DNA of 64,000 bases from an uncultured Gammaproteobacteria bacterium (GCA_964503955.1 CAZDCG010000003.1:626-64625); one strand, 5' to 3'; counted from the first letter of the stretch, positions 49,089 to 58,987 are shown. Translations and numbers: made by a program. Notes: a model not told the origin generated them from the letters alone.

Positions 49089-49160
49089 TGGGGCTAGATG
49101 GATTCGAACCATCGCCTTCCATGTTATAAGCATGGTGCTCTACCGCTGAGCTATAGCCCC
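49089..49160 (-). tRNA. tRNA-Ile (UAU)
   Basis: GGGGCTA/TAGCCCC acceptor, anticodon arm CCATG-CTTATAA-CATGG, TTCGAAT T loop; CCA not encoded. Confidence 0.92.
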
Positions 49161-49238
49161 ATTGAATTGTTCAAGCTGAAAAACAAAACTTGCCTGATGG
49201 CAAGAATCTGTGGGCAAGATCATCTTAAGGGAATAAAG

Positions 49239-50384
49239 CTACTTTTTCAAGACAGAATAGAGGCGGTCTTTGACGGTCTTTACCACGGTTTCTTCAGCCT
49301 GCGAGAGGCTTATATTGCGCAAAATAGCTAAGGCACGGCGTTCACTGCCCACCGGCTGCCAGTCTTTAAGCAAGTCTTTGGCATTAAGCGGCGGCGTGGT
49401 TTGCGCTTCAAGCTCCACGGTATTTTTTTCTTCGCCATCCATGAAGATGAGTACGGTTCTAGCTTCCGGGCTATGGCTGAGAATTTCATCCATCAGGTCA
49501 TTGACTTCGCGCTTGGTTGTGCCTGTGCTTTCAAAAACGGATTTAGGAATCAGGCTCCAGGCGAGCGCGTGTTCGCGGTCGGCCTGAAGATGGTCAAGCG
49601 CGTAGCCCCACAATCGCAAAAGTCCCACGCTTTTCGTGCGATACAAATGATTGACCAGCTGTTCATGTTCGGCGCCTGCCTGCAGCAGATTGCTGACAAT
49701 GGCCAGCGTCTCCGAGCTCAGATTCTTGGAACGGAATGCATGCGTTGCGTCCATGATGCCGGCCAGAAGAAGAGTCGCAAGCCGTTTTGACGGTGTCGTG
49801 TCTTTATAAAACAAGTTGTACAGCATTTGCGAAGTGGATGAAGAAGTCAGCTCAATCCAGTTCAAATGTCCATACTGTTCATTCTCAGCCCGGTGATCGA
49901 TATTGACCAGCGGGATCTGTTCAAAAAATTCTTTGTGCTCTTTGGCCATTTCTCCAAGCGCGGCGAGTTCAACTGCGTTGATGGCAATAATCAGGTCGAA
50001 TTGATACGGTCCGCTTTCAAAACGAAACGCGTTTGGCATGAGAGCCTTGTCTTTTGGCGTGAGCACAACGCGCAATACGTCGTCGTGCTTTTGATAGCTC
50101 AAATCGGCGACAGGGAATTGTTTTGTGTCGATCTCAATGAAGGTTTGCTTTTTCAAATTGAGCTTTGATTCAACAACGGTATCTTCAAGCAGGAAAGCAA
50201 GTTTGTCATTCATTTGAAATTGTTCGGAAACAATTTGCGCCTGCTTATTTTTTTCCTGGCACCAATGCTGCAAGACCATCGCGCTGGCAAGTGCGTCGAT
50301 GGATGGCGTCTGAGGCAAAACAATCGCGATGGATGTGCGTTCCTCAAGCAGCTGCAAAATTTGTTGCTGAATCGGTTTTGCCAT
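49239..50384 (-). CDS. DHH-family phosphoesterase-like protein, degenerate active site
   Basis: NIDHR in place of DHH, SSTSQ, LLAGIMDATHAFR. Confidence 0.8.
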   Translation of the reverse strand: MAKPIQQQILQLLEERTSIAIVLPQTPSIDALASAMVLQHWCQEKNKQAQIVSEQFQMNDKLAFLLEDTVVESKLNLKKQTFIEIDTKQFPVADLSYQKHDDVLRVVLTPKDKALMPNAFRFESGPYQFDLIIAINAVELAALGEMAKEHKEFFEQIPLVNIDHRAENEQYGHLNWIELTSSSTSQMLYNLFYKDTTPSKRLATLLLAGIMDATHAFRSKNLSSETLAIVSNLLQAGAEHEQLVNHLYRTKSVGLLRLWGYALDHLQADREHALAWSLIPKSVFESTGTTKREVNDLMDEILSHSPEARTVLIFMDGEEKNTVELEAQTTPPLNAKDLLKDWQPVGSERRALAILRNISLSQAEETVVKTVKDRLYSVLKK

Positions 50385-50577
50385 AGAAAGAAAAAACCCG
50401 CTCTGGCAAAGACCAATAGGGTATAGACTTTTTAGAGCCATAGACATATTCGCGTCAGCGCTTGTCTATTGATCTATGAATTCCGAGAAGTCTATTGGTC
50501 TTCTCTTGGCGGCAGAGGGAATCTAAATGATCTTATGTTTCTCTCGCCAAGCATGCGGATTCTTAGAGAATCAAATC

Positions 50578-50606
50578 AATATAGGCCCGATTTCATTGGC
50601 TGTCAA
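50578..50606 (-). promoter_or_regulatory. sigma70-type promoter giving a ~185-nt leader
   Basis: TTGACA-17nt-TATATT. Confidence 0.7.
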
Positions 50607-50742
50607 GCCTTTCCTGGTTGATTGTCAGGCAGTAGTGACATGTATTTGAAAATTGGCTGTGTTCAGGTCAAAAGCCCTGTTAGGAGTAAATAGCAAACAG
50701 CGGGGTACAGACGCGTGGAACGTCCATACCCCGCCATGCGGG

Positions 50743-52146
50743 TTACCGCTCGAGCATGAGCAGTTGGCTTGGAAGCGGCCGAGCCGGCGACCTTGCACCC
50801 ATTGGGATTCTGAGAGGTTCGCGGTGAAGCGGCCCCTCAAGATCGATGAGAACGAGTTCGTCAGCCAGGTTGCGGCCTTGCGATCTCGTATCCCAGGCGA
50901 TCCAGCTTGGTCCGGCTGCCAGGCCATTGCTGATGGCCGATGCTTCAAACGAATGGAATCCGTTTTCCGCGGCCACGATCAGCCGTGAAGCAAGGCTAGC
51001 GTCGGCTTGCGTCGCTTGCACGGTGAAGGCGAAGAGGCCTCTGCCTCGCGTGAGAGGAACAGCCTGCCGGACTTCGAGCTGAGTTCCCCCTGCTTCAAAG
51101 AATCGGCTGAGGTCCAGGCTTGATTCCTGCTTTGCTTCGTCCAGGTTGAATCTACGCATGAACGGATCGTCCCAGAAGAAGAGCGAGGCAATGCGCTTGC
51201 CGTCTTCTTCATGAACGAAGGCCTGTCCGATGCCGGCACTCGCTGGAGCCGGATCACAGAACAAGACGCGGGTTCCTTCGTAGAGCAGGGTTTGATTCGC
51301 CCGCACACGAAAGAAACTCACGCTGGGTTTGCCATCAGCGGTCATGCCAAAGGCAAAGAGGCGCGCCTCGTCATGCTCTTGCTGTACGGCCAGGCTCTGC
51401 ACGAAGAGCTGGTTTCTCAGACGCGTATGTCCCTGGCTCTGTCCGTTCGTGCCGAGGAGGTAGACGCCGGCCGGATCGACACTGCCGAAAGCGGCGCCAA
51501 GAACCGTACCTTGAGCGTCCTTGACGGCGATCAACGGCGTAAGCGAAGCCCGTCCAAGCTGAGACGCGTGAAACGTGCTGGCCGTTGATCCGCTTTTGAC
51601 GATGGTATGGATCCAGCCCTCAAGCGTTGAGCGAGCCCTGACATAGAACATGTCGCGGTTCAGGTTCAGTACCTCAGTCACATGAGAGCCGTCGTGAATT
51701 GGCGTTTCCTTTAGCGCTCCGTCCGCTTGGAGCGGGGAGTACTGGACCAGCGATTGCTGGTTGCTCGCAAGATCCATCACGTACCAGTACGCCGAAGGAA
51801 AATCCGGCGCTCCGGCCAGTCCCATGGTGGTGAACCGCCTGCCGCTCGCGCGCTGCATCAGCGTGCTTGAGGGGGTCACCGAGATCCGGCCGTTAAGCTC
51901 CCGCTTGATCCCGTAGTTGATCAGCTGGCCGATCCCGCCCGCTTGCTCGTAGGGGATAAGCACGTAGGCATCTGCTTCCAGAGGCGGGGCGGACTGAGTG
52001 CGGGGACCCGTTTGCGAAGCAACGGCGGCCGGAGCGCTCGGTACGATCTTGGAGGGCGGATTTGAGATACGCACGCCCAGGGCAAAGAGAGCGGCAACGA
52101 TGAGAACCAGCAGCAGGGAACAGCCATAGAACATGCGGTCCGTCAT
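50743..52146 (-). CDS. membrane-anchored hypothetical protein, beta-rich
   Basis: 467 aa, N-terminal TM, AGGAG RBS. Confidence 0.75.
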   Translation of the reverse strand: MTDRMFYGCSLLLVLIVAALFALGVRISNPPSKIVPSAPAAVASQTGPRTQSAPPLEADAYVLIPYEQAGGIGQLINYGIKRELNGRISVTPSSTLMQRASGRRFTTMGLAGAPDFPSAYWYVMDLASNQQSLVQYSPLQADGALKETPIHDGSHVTEVLNLNRDMFYVRARSTLEGWIHTIVKSGSTASTFHASQLGRASLTPLIAVKDAQGTVLGAAFGSVDPAGVYLLGTNGQSQGHTRLRNQLFVQSLAVQQEHDEARLFAFGMTADGKPSVSFFRVRANQTLLYEGTRVLFCDPAPASAGIGQAFVHEEDGKRIASLFFWDDPFMRRFNLDEAKQESSLDLSRFFEAGGTQLEVRQAVPLTRGRGLFAFTVQATQADASLASRLIVAAENGFHSFEASAISNGLAAGPSWIAWDTRSQGRNLADELVLIDLEGPLHREPLRIPMGARSPARPLPSQLLMLER

Positions 52147-52368
52147 GCCAAACTCCTATTTTGAAGGTTCGTAATGCTTTTAGAAAAAGCGGCGGAACCA
52201 TACCGAAAAAACCAGATTTTGTCTAGCATTTGATTGTCATAACCCCTTGTTTTTGATAGGTTTAGGACGTATCGGAGTTTATCGAATTCCGGGCCGAAGG
52301 TGACGGGAAAAAGCCTGAAAACCTTCGCTCGTTGTTGTCTTTCCCCAATCGGGGCCTTTTTTTCTGCT

Positions 52369-55008
52369 ATGGAATTGCCAAAAACCTACGACGCAAAACA
52401 ATTTGAAGACAGGATTTATAAAGAATGGGAAGAGAAAAAACTCTTCAAGCCTGAAGTGCATCCAGATGGCAAACCGTTCAGCATTGTCCTGCCTCCGCCA
52501 AATGCCACGGGGACTTTGCATGTAGGGCATGCCACCATGCTTGCGATTCAGGATTTGATGATCCGCCAGCACCGCATGATGGGGGACGCTGCTTTATGGT
52601 TGCCCGGCACTGATCACGCGGCTATTGCCACGCAATCCAAAGTCGAGGGCATTCTCAAAAAAGAAGAAGGAAAGTCTCGCCATGATCTTGGCCGCGAAGC
52701 ATTCCTTGAGCGCGTCAAAGCATTCGTGGCGGATTCACAAGACACCATCCGCAATCAAATGCGCAAAATAGGATCAAGCGTGGACTGGGACCGCGAGGCC
52801 TATACCATGGATGAAGTCCGCAATAAGGCGGTGCGCGAAGTATTCGTCAAAATGTACAATGACGATTTGATCTATCGCGGGCATCGCATCGTCAACTGGG
52901 ATCCGATCGGCCAGACAACCGTGGCCGATGACGAAATCGAGTACAGCGAAGAGAAAGCAAAGTTCTATACCTTCAAGTATGGTCCTTTTGAAATCGGCAC
53001 CGCGCGCCCTGAAACAAAGTTCGGCGACAAATACGTCGTCATGCATCCAAACGATGAGCGCTACAAAGCATATCAGCATGGACAGCAAATCGAAGTGGAA
53101 TGGATCAACGGTCCGATCACGGCGACCATCATCAAAGATGAAGCGGCCGATCCTGAATTTGGAACCGGAGTCATGACCATTACGCCTTGGCATAGTGTCA
53201 TCGACTTTGAAATTGCCGAGCGGCACAATCTTGATAAAGAACAGATCATTGATTTGAATGGCAGGCTCTTGCCGATCGCGCAGGAATTTGCCGGTATGAG
53301 CATTGATGAAGCGCGCGATGAAATTGTTGAAAAGCTTGAAAAGAAAGGCTTGCTGATCAGCATTGATGAAGACTACAAGCATAATGTCGCGCGCGGCGAC
53401 CGCTTTAAGGGAATCATCGAGCCGCAAATCATGGAACAGTGGTTTGTGAATGTCAAAAAAGAAGCGATCCAGTACAAAGGAGAAACACATTCCTTGCGTT
53501 CGATGATGCAGGACATGGTACGTTCCGGTGATGTGAAAATCATTCCTGAGCGTTTTGAAAAAACCTATTTCCACTGGGTTGATAATTTGCGCGACTGGTG
53601 CATCAGCCGCCAGCTTTGGTGGGGGCACAGAATTCCTGTTTGGTACAAAGACAAAACTGAAAATCTGAAAAGCTCAAAAACTGAAAAAGACATGTATGTC
53701 GGTGTTGTGCCTCCTGAAGGAGAGAGTTGGACACAAGACCCGGACACGCTCGATACCTGGTTTTCTTCCGCACTTTGGACCTGGTCAACCTTGCTTGATC
53801 CGGAGAAAAAAGATTTGTCTCTTGATGCGTGGTTGAAACAAAGCCCGGACCTTCGTTTCCATCCTACCAATGTCATGGAAACAGGATATGACATTCTCTT
53901 TTTCTGGGTGGCACGCATGATTCTGATGACCGGTTACGTTCTTGGCGAGCGTCCATTTGAGCATGTCTACCTCCATGGTCTTGTTCGCGACGAAAAGGGG
54001 AGAAAGATGTCCAAATCGCTTGGCAATATCATCGATCCGCTGGACATGATCGACAAATACGGAGCCGATGCGGTTCGTCTCAGCCTTGTTATTGGCACGA
54101 CACCGGGCAATGATACGCGCCTGAACGAAGAAAAAATTGCAAGCTATCGCAATTTCGTGAATAAGCTTTGGAACATCGCGCGCTTTATTCTCATGCAGGT
54201 CAAGGAACCACGCTTGGTGCATGACGCGCCGCAGCCAAAAACCTTGTCTGACAAATGGATTTTATCCCGCTTCCAGCAGCTGATCGCGTCAACCAATCAT
54301 CATATCGAGCAATTTCGATTCTCGCCCGCTGGGGAAAATCTCTACGCGTTTACCTGGTCTGAACTGGCAGACTGGTATGTTGAAGATGCCAAAGTCGAAG
54401 GCGAAAAAGATGAGATTTTGTTGTACATGCTGACAAATCTCCTCAAACTCTGGCATCCATATATGCCGTATATCACCGAAGTTCTCTATAAGCAGATTGG
54501 CGGGGAAGAGCGGCATCTTATTACGGCAAAATGGCCGGAAGTACAGAGCGGCTTGATTGATGAAGCTGCCGAAAAAGAATATGGTCTGTATAAAGAAATC
54601 TTGACGGCCGTTCGAAATGCGCATGCCGAGTTTAAGATCCAGTTCTCCACGGAATTGCAGGTGAGCCTGAAGGGGGCGGCGGATATGAATATCGAACTTT
54701 TGACCAAGCGAGGCAAGCTTGCCGTCATTGAACAGGGAACAGGCAAGGCTGTGACTTATCATCTTTCAGGAGGCGCGCAGCTGATCCTGTATGTGGAAGG
54801 CCTGATCGACTTTGCCAAAGAAGTGGAACGGCTCAAGAAAGAACTTGCCGGCGTTGAAAAGTACATGGCAGGCCTTGAAAAGAAATTGAGTAATAAAGAA
54901 TTTACCAAAAACGCGCCCGAAGAGATTGTCTCCGCCGAACGTGCTAGACTGGAAGAAGCGAAAATGAAGTCTGAATCAATCAAGCAACAGATAACGGCAT
55001 TGTCATAA
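52369..55008 (+). CDS. valS: valine--tRNA ligase
   Basis: PPPNATGTLHVGH, DWCISRQLWWGH, KMSKS. Confidence 0.97.
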   Translation: MELPKTYDAKQFEDRIYKEWEEKKLFKPEVHPDGKPFSIVLPPPNATGTLHVGHATMLAIQDLMIRQHRMMGDAALWLPGTDHAAIATQSKVEGILKKEEGKSRHDLGREAFLERVKAFVADSQDTIRNQMRKIGSSVDWDREAYTMDEVRNKAVREVFVKMYNDDLIYRGHRIVNWDPIGQTTVADDEIEYSEEKAKFYTFKYGPFEIGTARPETKFGDKYVVMHPNDERYKAYQHGQQIEVEWINGPITATIIKDEAADPEFGTGVMTITPWHSVIDFEIAERHNLDKEQIIDLNGRLLPIAQEFAGMSIDEARDEIVEKLEKKGLLISIDEDYKHNVARGDRFKGIIEPQIMEQWFVNVKKEAIQYKGETHSLRSMMQDMVRSGDVKIIPERFEKTYFHWVDNLRDWCISRQLWWGHRIPVWYKDKTENLKSSKTEKDMYVGVVPPEGESWTQDPDTLDTWFSSALWTWSTLLDPEKKDLSLDAWLKQSPDLRFHPTNVMETGYDILFFWVARMILMTGYVLGERPFEHVYLHGLVRDEKGRKMSKSLGNIIDPLDMIDKYGADAVRLSLVIGTTPGNDTRLNEEKIASYRNFVNKLWNIARFILMQVKEPRLVHDAPQPKTLSDKWILSRFQQLIASTNHHIEQFRFSPAGENLYAFTWSELADWYVEDAKVEGEKDEILLYMLTNLLKLWHPYMPYITEVLYKQIGGEERHLITAKWPEVQSGLIDEAAEKEYGLYKEILTAVRNAHAEFKIQFSTELQVSLKGAADMNIELLTKRGKLAVIEQGTGKAVTYHLSGGAQLILYVEGLIDFAKEVERLKKELAGVEKYMAGLEKKLSNKEFTKNAPEEIVSAERARLEEAKMKSESIKQQITALS

Positions 55009-55013
55009 GATTC

Positions 55014-55125
55014 GTCATCCCGAGCGTCAGCCGAGGGATCTCATACCTAGAGACGGGGCATGTAGAGAGCGTTTTTTGCGAGAGAAGAGATCCCGCCGCT
55101 CCGCTGGCCCCCCGATCGGGATGAC
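55014..55125. repeat. 112-bp palindromic MITE-like element
   Basis: terminal inverted repeats gtcatcccga/tcgggatgac; inner gggatctc/gagatccc. Confidence 0.75.
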
Positions 55126-55143
55126 AGAACACAGAAACATTAT

Positions 55144-56346
55144 ATGCAACCAACACAACAACAAATAAACGAATTCCTCACCCGCGGCGTGAGCGAGGTT
55201 ATTGACCGTGAGAAACTTGAAAAAGATCTGGTTGATGGCAAGCAAATCCGTGTTTATCTCGGTATTGATCCGACCGGCTCGGACATTCATATCGGACACG
55301 CGATTGCTTTGCGCAAACTTCGCCAGCTGCAGGATTGGGGGCATCACGTTATTTTGCTTATTGGCGATTTCACCGCTTTGATCGGCGATCCAACCGGCAA
55401 AGATGAAATGCGCAAGGTGCTGACCACCGAACAGGTACTTGAAAACGCCAAAGACTATCAGCAGCAGGCCGCAAAAGTTCTCCGCTTTGAGGGAGAAAAT
55501 CCTGTTGAACTCAAATACAATAGCCATTGGCTGGCCAAGCTTTCCTTTGCCGATGTGATTGAGTTGGCTGCCAATTTCACCGTGCAGCAAATGCTGGAGC
55601 GTGACATGTTTGAAAAGCGCATCAACGAAGGTCGCCCCGTCAGTCTGCACGAATTCCTTTACCCATTGATGCAGGGATATGATTCGGTTGCGTTGGATGT
55701 TGATCTTGAGCTTGGCGGATCAGACCAGCTTTTCAATATGCTTGCCGGCCGCACGCTCAAGTCAAAGCTTCGCAATGAGGAAAAGCATGTCATGACCATG
55801 GCGCTGCTTGAGGGAACCGACGGCCGCAAAATGAGCAAGACATTTAACAACCATATCCCGATTACGGCCGAGGCAAATGACATGTACGGCAAAGTCATGT
55901 CCATCAAAGATGACCTGATCGTCCAGTACTTCACGTTGGCAACCGATATATCTATGGAAGAAATTGCGGCCATTGAAGCGGATATGAAGAATGGGGCCAA
56001 TCCACGTGACGCGAAAATGCGCCTGGCTCGCGAAATTGTAAAAATGTATCACGATGAAAAGGCCGCGCAGGCAGCCGAACAGGCATTTATCAACCAGTTC
56101 CAAAAAGGCGCGTTGCCAGAAGAAATGGAAGCATTCACCCCGGCTTCAAAAATGATGATGCTTGTTGACGTGCTTGTTGATTCAGGACTTTGTTCAAGCA
56201 AAGGCGATGCCCGCCGCATGATTGAGCAGGGGGCGGTGAAATTGAACGGGGAAGTGATGAAAAGCACGGAGGCAAAAATCGAGCTGAAAGACGGCGACGT
56301 GTTGCAAAAAGGGAAGAGAGGGTTTAGAAAGATAACACTCTCGTAG
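55144..56346 (+). CDS. tyrS: tyrosine--tRNA ligase
   Basis: GIDPTGSDIHIGH, YPLMQGYD, KMSKT, C-terminal S4 domain. Confidence 0.97.
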   Translation: MQPTQQQINEFLTRGVSEVIDREKLEKDLVDGKQIRVYLGIDPTGSDIHIGHAIALRKLRQLQDWGHHVILLIGDFTALIGDPTGKDEMRKVLTTEQVLENAKDYQQQAAKVLRFEGENPVELKYNSHWLAKLSFADVIELAANFTVQQMLERDMFEKRINEGRPVSLHEFLYPLMQGYDSVALDVDLELGGSDQLFNMLAGRTLKSKLRNEEKHVMTMALLEGTDGRKMSKTFNNHIPITAEANDMYGKVMSIKDDLIVQYFTLATDISMEEIAAIEADMKNGANPRDAKMRLAREIVKMYHDEKAAQAAEQAFINQFQKGALPEEMEAFTPASKMMMLVDVLVDSGLCSSKGDARRMIEQGAVKLNGEVMKSTEAKIELKDGDVLQKGKRGFRKITLS

Positions 56347-56523
56347 GATCAGAACGACCACAAACGCGCCAAACGTTTCCAAACCTGCTCAGAGAATGTT
56401 TGGCAACGTTGATTCCTTTGGCATATTTGGTACGTTCGGAAAAACTGACCTGAAGGCTGGCATTGAATGTGTTCAGAACCATCCTTCCGGGCGGTTTTTT
56501 GTAAAAAACTAGGAGGGAAAAAC

Positions 56524-57156
56524 ATGATCCGGAATTTGCCGACATCCAATGATCGGCTTTTGTTTGATCTTCGCTGGTGCGAGGGCGGCGAAGACTGGCC
56601 GGTAATCGATCGCAAAGAGCTGATGGGCATGCTTGTTCGAAAGCTCTGCCTGATCCCCGTCGAGATCGACATTGTGCAGGAAGCAAAGCAGCTGGTCGGA
56701 ACCGGCTGCTATCGTCTTTCTGCGGGTACAACCGAAGCGCCGCAGAGTGTTGATTGTTCAAGCTTCGTCAAATATCTCTTCACGCTGATGGGGATCCGAC
56801 TTCCTCGCTACTCGGCGGATCAGCGCGGCGCGGGCGCTCCGGTCGGCATGGACGAATTACTTCCCGGAGACCTCGTCTTTGCGACCGGCCCGCAGAATTT
56901 CCACGCGGATGATCCGGAAAACGGCGTGGGGCATGTCGGGCTCTATGCCGGCGAGCAGACCGTTATTCACGCGAGCCCGGGAAAGCCGGCAATCACGCAG
57001 GTTCCGCTCAAGGAGTTCTATACCGGGCGTAAGATGCGCGGAGCCTGCCGGATTCTGCCCCCAAAGCAGTACCAGCAGGTTTTTTCCCTGAAGGGGGCGC
57101 GCTACGACTATGCCGTCGACCTTCTCAGGCAGGTTCAGCGCAAGCTAAAGGCTTGA
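56524..57156 (+). CDS. NlpC/P60 family peptidase
   Basis: DCSSFV, LPRYSADQ, PGDLVF, GHVGLY, IHAS. Confidence 0.88.
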   Translation: MIRNLPTSNDRLLFDLRWCEGGEDWPVIDRKELMGMLVRKLCLIPVEIDIVQEAKQLVGTGCYRLSAGTTEAPQSVDCSSFVKYLFTLMGIRLPRYSADQRGAGAPVGMDELLPGDLVFATGPQNFHADDPENGVGHVGLYAGEQTVIHASPGKPAITQVPLKEFYTGRKMRGACRILPPKQYQQVFSLKGARYDYAVDLLRQVQRKLKA

Positions 57157-57213
57157 CCGATGCTTTGCCACATGCTACGGTCCTCAGTCCCTCAAGAACA
57201 AGGAGGTGGGGAC

Positions 57214-57573
57214 ATGAAGAAGCATCGGTCGCGAAAGCCCAAGTGGGTTCATCTCAGCTTTGCCGACCTCGAACAGAGGCGCAAGCTTCATCGTCTCAAC
57301 ATCCGCTCGATGGCGGACCAGCTGGAGGTCACTCCCTCCACCTACTACAATTGGAGGAAGGGAAGGGTGGTTCCGCCTTTCAACCGCCAGCTCATGCTCA
57401 AGAAGAAGATCGCGGAGATGGCGGACCTCGCACAAAAGGATGCCCCTGTGCTGACCCCGGAGGGCATCGAGGCGACGGCCAGCATCGTCAAGGCGTACCT
57501 GGCCAACGGCATGTGCAAGCCCGGCGATCTCCCCAGGCTCATCCACGGTGTCCGCCGCGCGCTCGCCGTCTGA
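57214..57573 (+). CDS. XRE HTH fused to MucR/Ros-like oligomerisation helices
   Basis: MADQLEVTPSTYYNWRKG; TASIVKAYLANG...DLPRLIHGVRRAL; AGGAGGT RBS. Confidence 0.75.
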   Translation: MKKHRSRKPKWVHLSFADLEQRRKLHRLNIRSMADQLEVTPSTYYNWRKGRVVPPFNRQLMLKKKIAEMADLAQKDAPVLTPEGIEATASIVKAYLANGMCKPGDLPRLIHGVRRALAV

Positions 57574-57690
57574 TCCTCGTCGCGGCATCAAGCGCCCCGG
57601 CAAGCCTTTCAGGGCTTGCCGGGGCGTGTTCGTTTTAAGGAAGATTTACAAACAAAAACCCCTCCCGGAGGGAGGGGCAGGAATACATCC

Positions 57691-58128
57691 TTACACGGCA
57701 GCTTCGTCTTTCTTTTCCTCGGTTGGTGTTTCTGTTTCAGTAGGTGTTTCTGCTGGAGCTTCGGCTGCTTCTTTGGCAGCTTTTTCGGCTTCGGCCTTTG
57801 CCTTGGCTTCTTCTTTTGCCTTTTCTGCTGCTTCTTTGATCGCTGTCTTGGCTGCTTTTCCAAGTTTAGAAACATTGCGTTTCTTGTCTTTGATCAGGCC
57901 GGCTTCAACCAGGATATTGTGAACGGAATCCGTTGGCTGCGCGCCTTGCGACATCCAGTGTTTCACTCGGTCTTCTTTGAGTGTTACCGTTGCTGGATTT
58001 GTCAGTGGGTTATAAGTGCCGACATTTTCGAGGTAATTTCCCCATGGATCTTTGGTATGTTCCATGACAAGAATTCTGTAGATCGGCTGCTTCTTTTTCC
58101 CCACGCGAGAGAGTTTAATCTTCAGCAT
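57691..58128 (-). CDS. rpsP: 30S ribosomal protein S16 with low-complexity tail
   Basis: MLKIKLSRVGKK, GTYNP, GAQPTDSV. Confidence 0.97.
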   Translation of the reverse strand: MLKIKLSRVGKKKQPIYRILVMEHTKDPWGNYLENVGTYNPLTNPATVTLKEDRVKHWMSQGAQPTDSVHNILVEAGLIKDKKRNVSKLGKAAKTAIKEAAEKAKEEAKAKAEAEKAAKEAAEAPAETPTETETPTEEKKDEAAV

Positions 58129-58366
58129 GTGATTTCATTTTAATGCAAAACGAGGATAGACCTCGTTTTTATAAGAGTGCCTTGAGAGAATTGACGGTAC
58201 CCTCAAGAGCATCAGAGCATGGCCGTATTTAACCAAGAATTTCAGAAAAGGTCAATAGAATGCAGGTGAAAAGAATACAAAATGGCATGATTGACTAGTT
58301 CGAAAAATAATGGTATACATAGGTGTCAGTTTTGTTGTGATTGGATGAAATTCAGAAGAGGTAAGC

Positions 58367-58987
58367 ATGACCGTACGTTTCAGCAAGGATCTCCGCGTGG
58401 ATGCCGATGTCGAGCTCGATCAGCTGAAGGCCAACCTCGAGCGGGGTGTGACCACCATCCAGAAGATGTGGCTCGCGGCCTGGCTGGGCAACGAGCCCGC
58501 CCAGAAGCTCCTCGAGTCCGGCCCCGTGCACCGCGCGCTCGCGAACCTGGGCAACGGCCCCATCGGCCCTGTGCTCCAGTCCTTCGACAACGACAACAGC
58601 TTCACCCGCCGGGTGCTGCTGGTGGTCGCCAAGAAACTCCTGCCCGCCTGGCAGGTGCTCTTCCCGGACGATCCGCTCGGCCAACACGTGGTCGACAGCA
58701 TCGAGCACGCGATCAGCCACGGTCCCAACCCCGACATCAAGCAGCACCTGGGCGACAAGATCGGGTGCGGCCGGTACGGCATGGTCAGCGAGAGCAGCTG
58801 GCTGGCGGCCCTGCTCCGGAAGGCGCACGAGCCCAAGCCCAGCCTCAACTTCAAGGACGAGGTGGTCGTGCCGCTGATCGGGACCGATCAGAACATCCAG
58901 GACAACGCGCTGGCGCTGGACATCCTCAACCAGGAGCTGTCCATGTGGCTCCTGACGGGCCGCGAGATCAGCATCAGCCAGCGCTAG
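58367..58987 (+). CDS. hypothetical protein, GC3-rich
   Basis: GAGG RBS, codon bias, downstream hairpin terminator. Confidence 0.75.
   Translation: MTVRFSKDLRVDADVELDQLKANLERGVTTIQKMWLAAWLGNEPAQKLLESGPVHRALANLGNGPIGPVLQSFDNDNSFTRRVLLVVAKKLLPAWQVLFPDDPLGQHVVDSIEHAISHGPNPDIKQHLGDKIGCGRYGMVSESSWLAALLRKAHEPKPSLNFKDEVVVPLIGTDQNIQDNALALDILNQELSMWLLTGREISISQR

Noticed and set aside
58129-58260. Regulatory leader of rpsP (two hairpins)
   Set aside because: Hairpins are present but I cannot assign them to a known motif or show a switch from one sequence.
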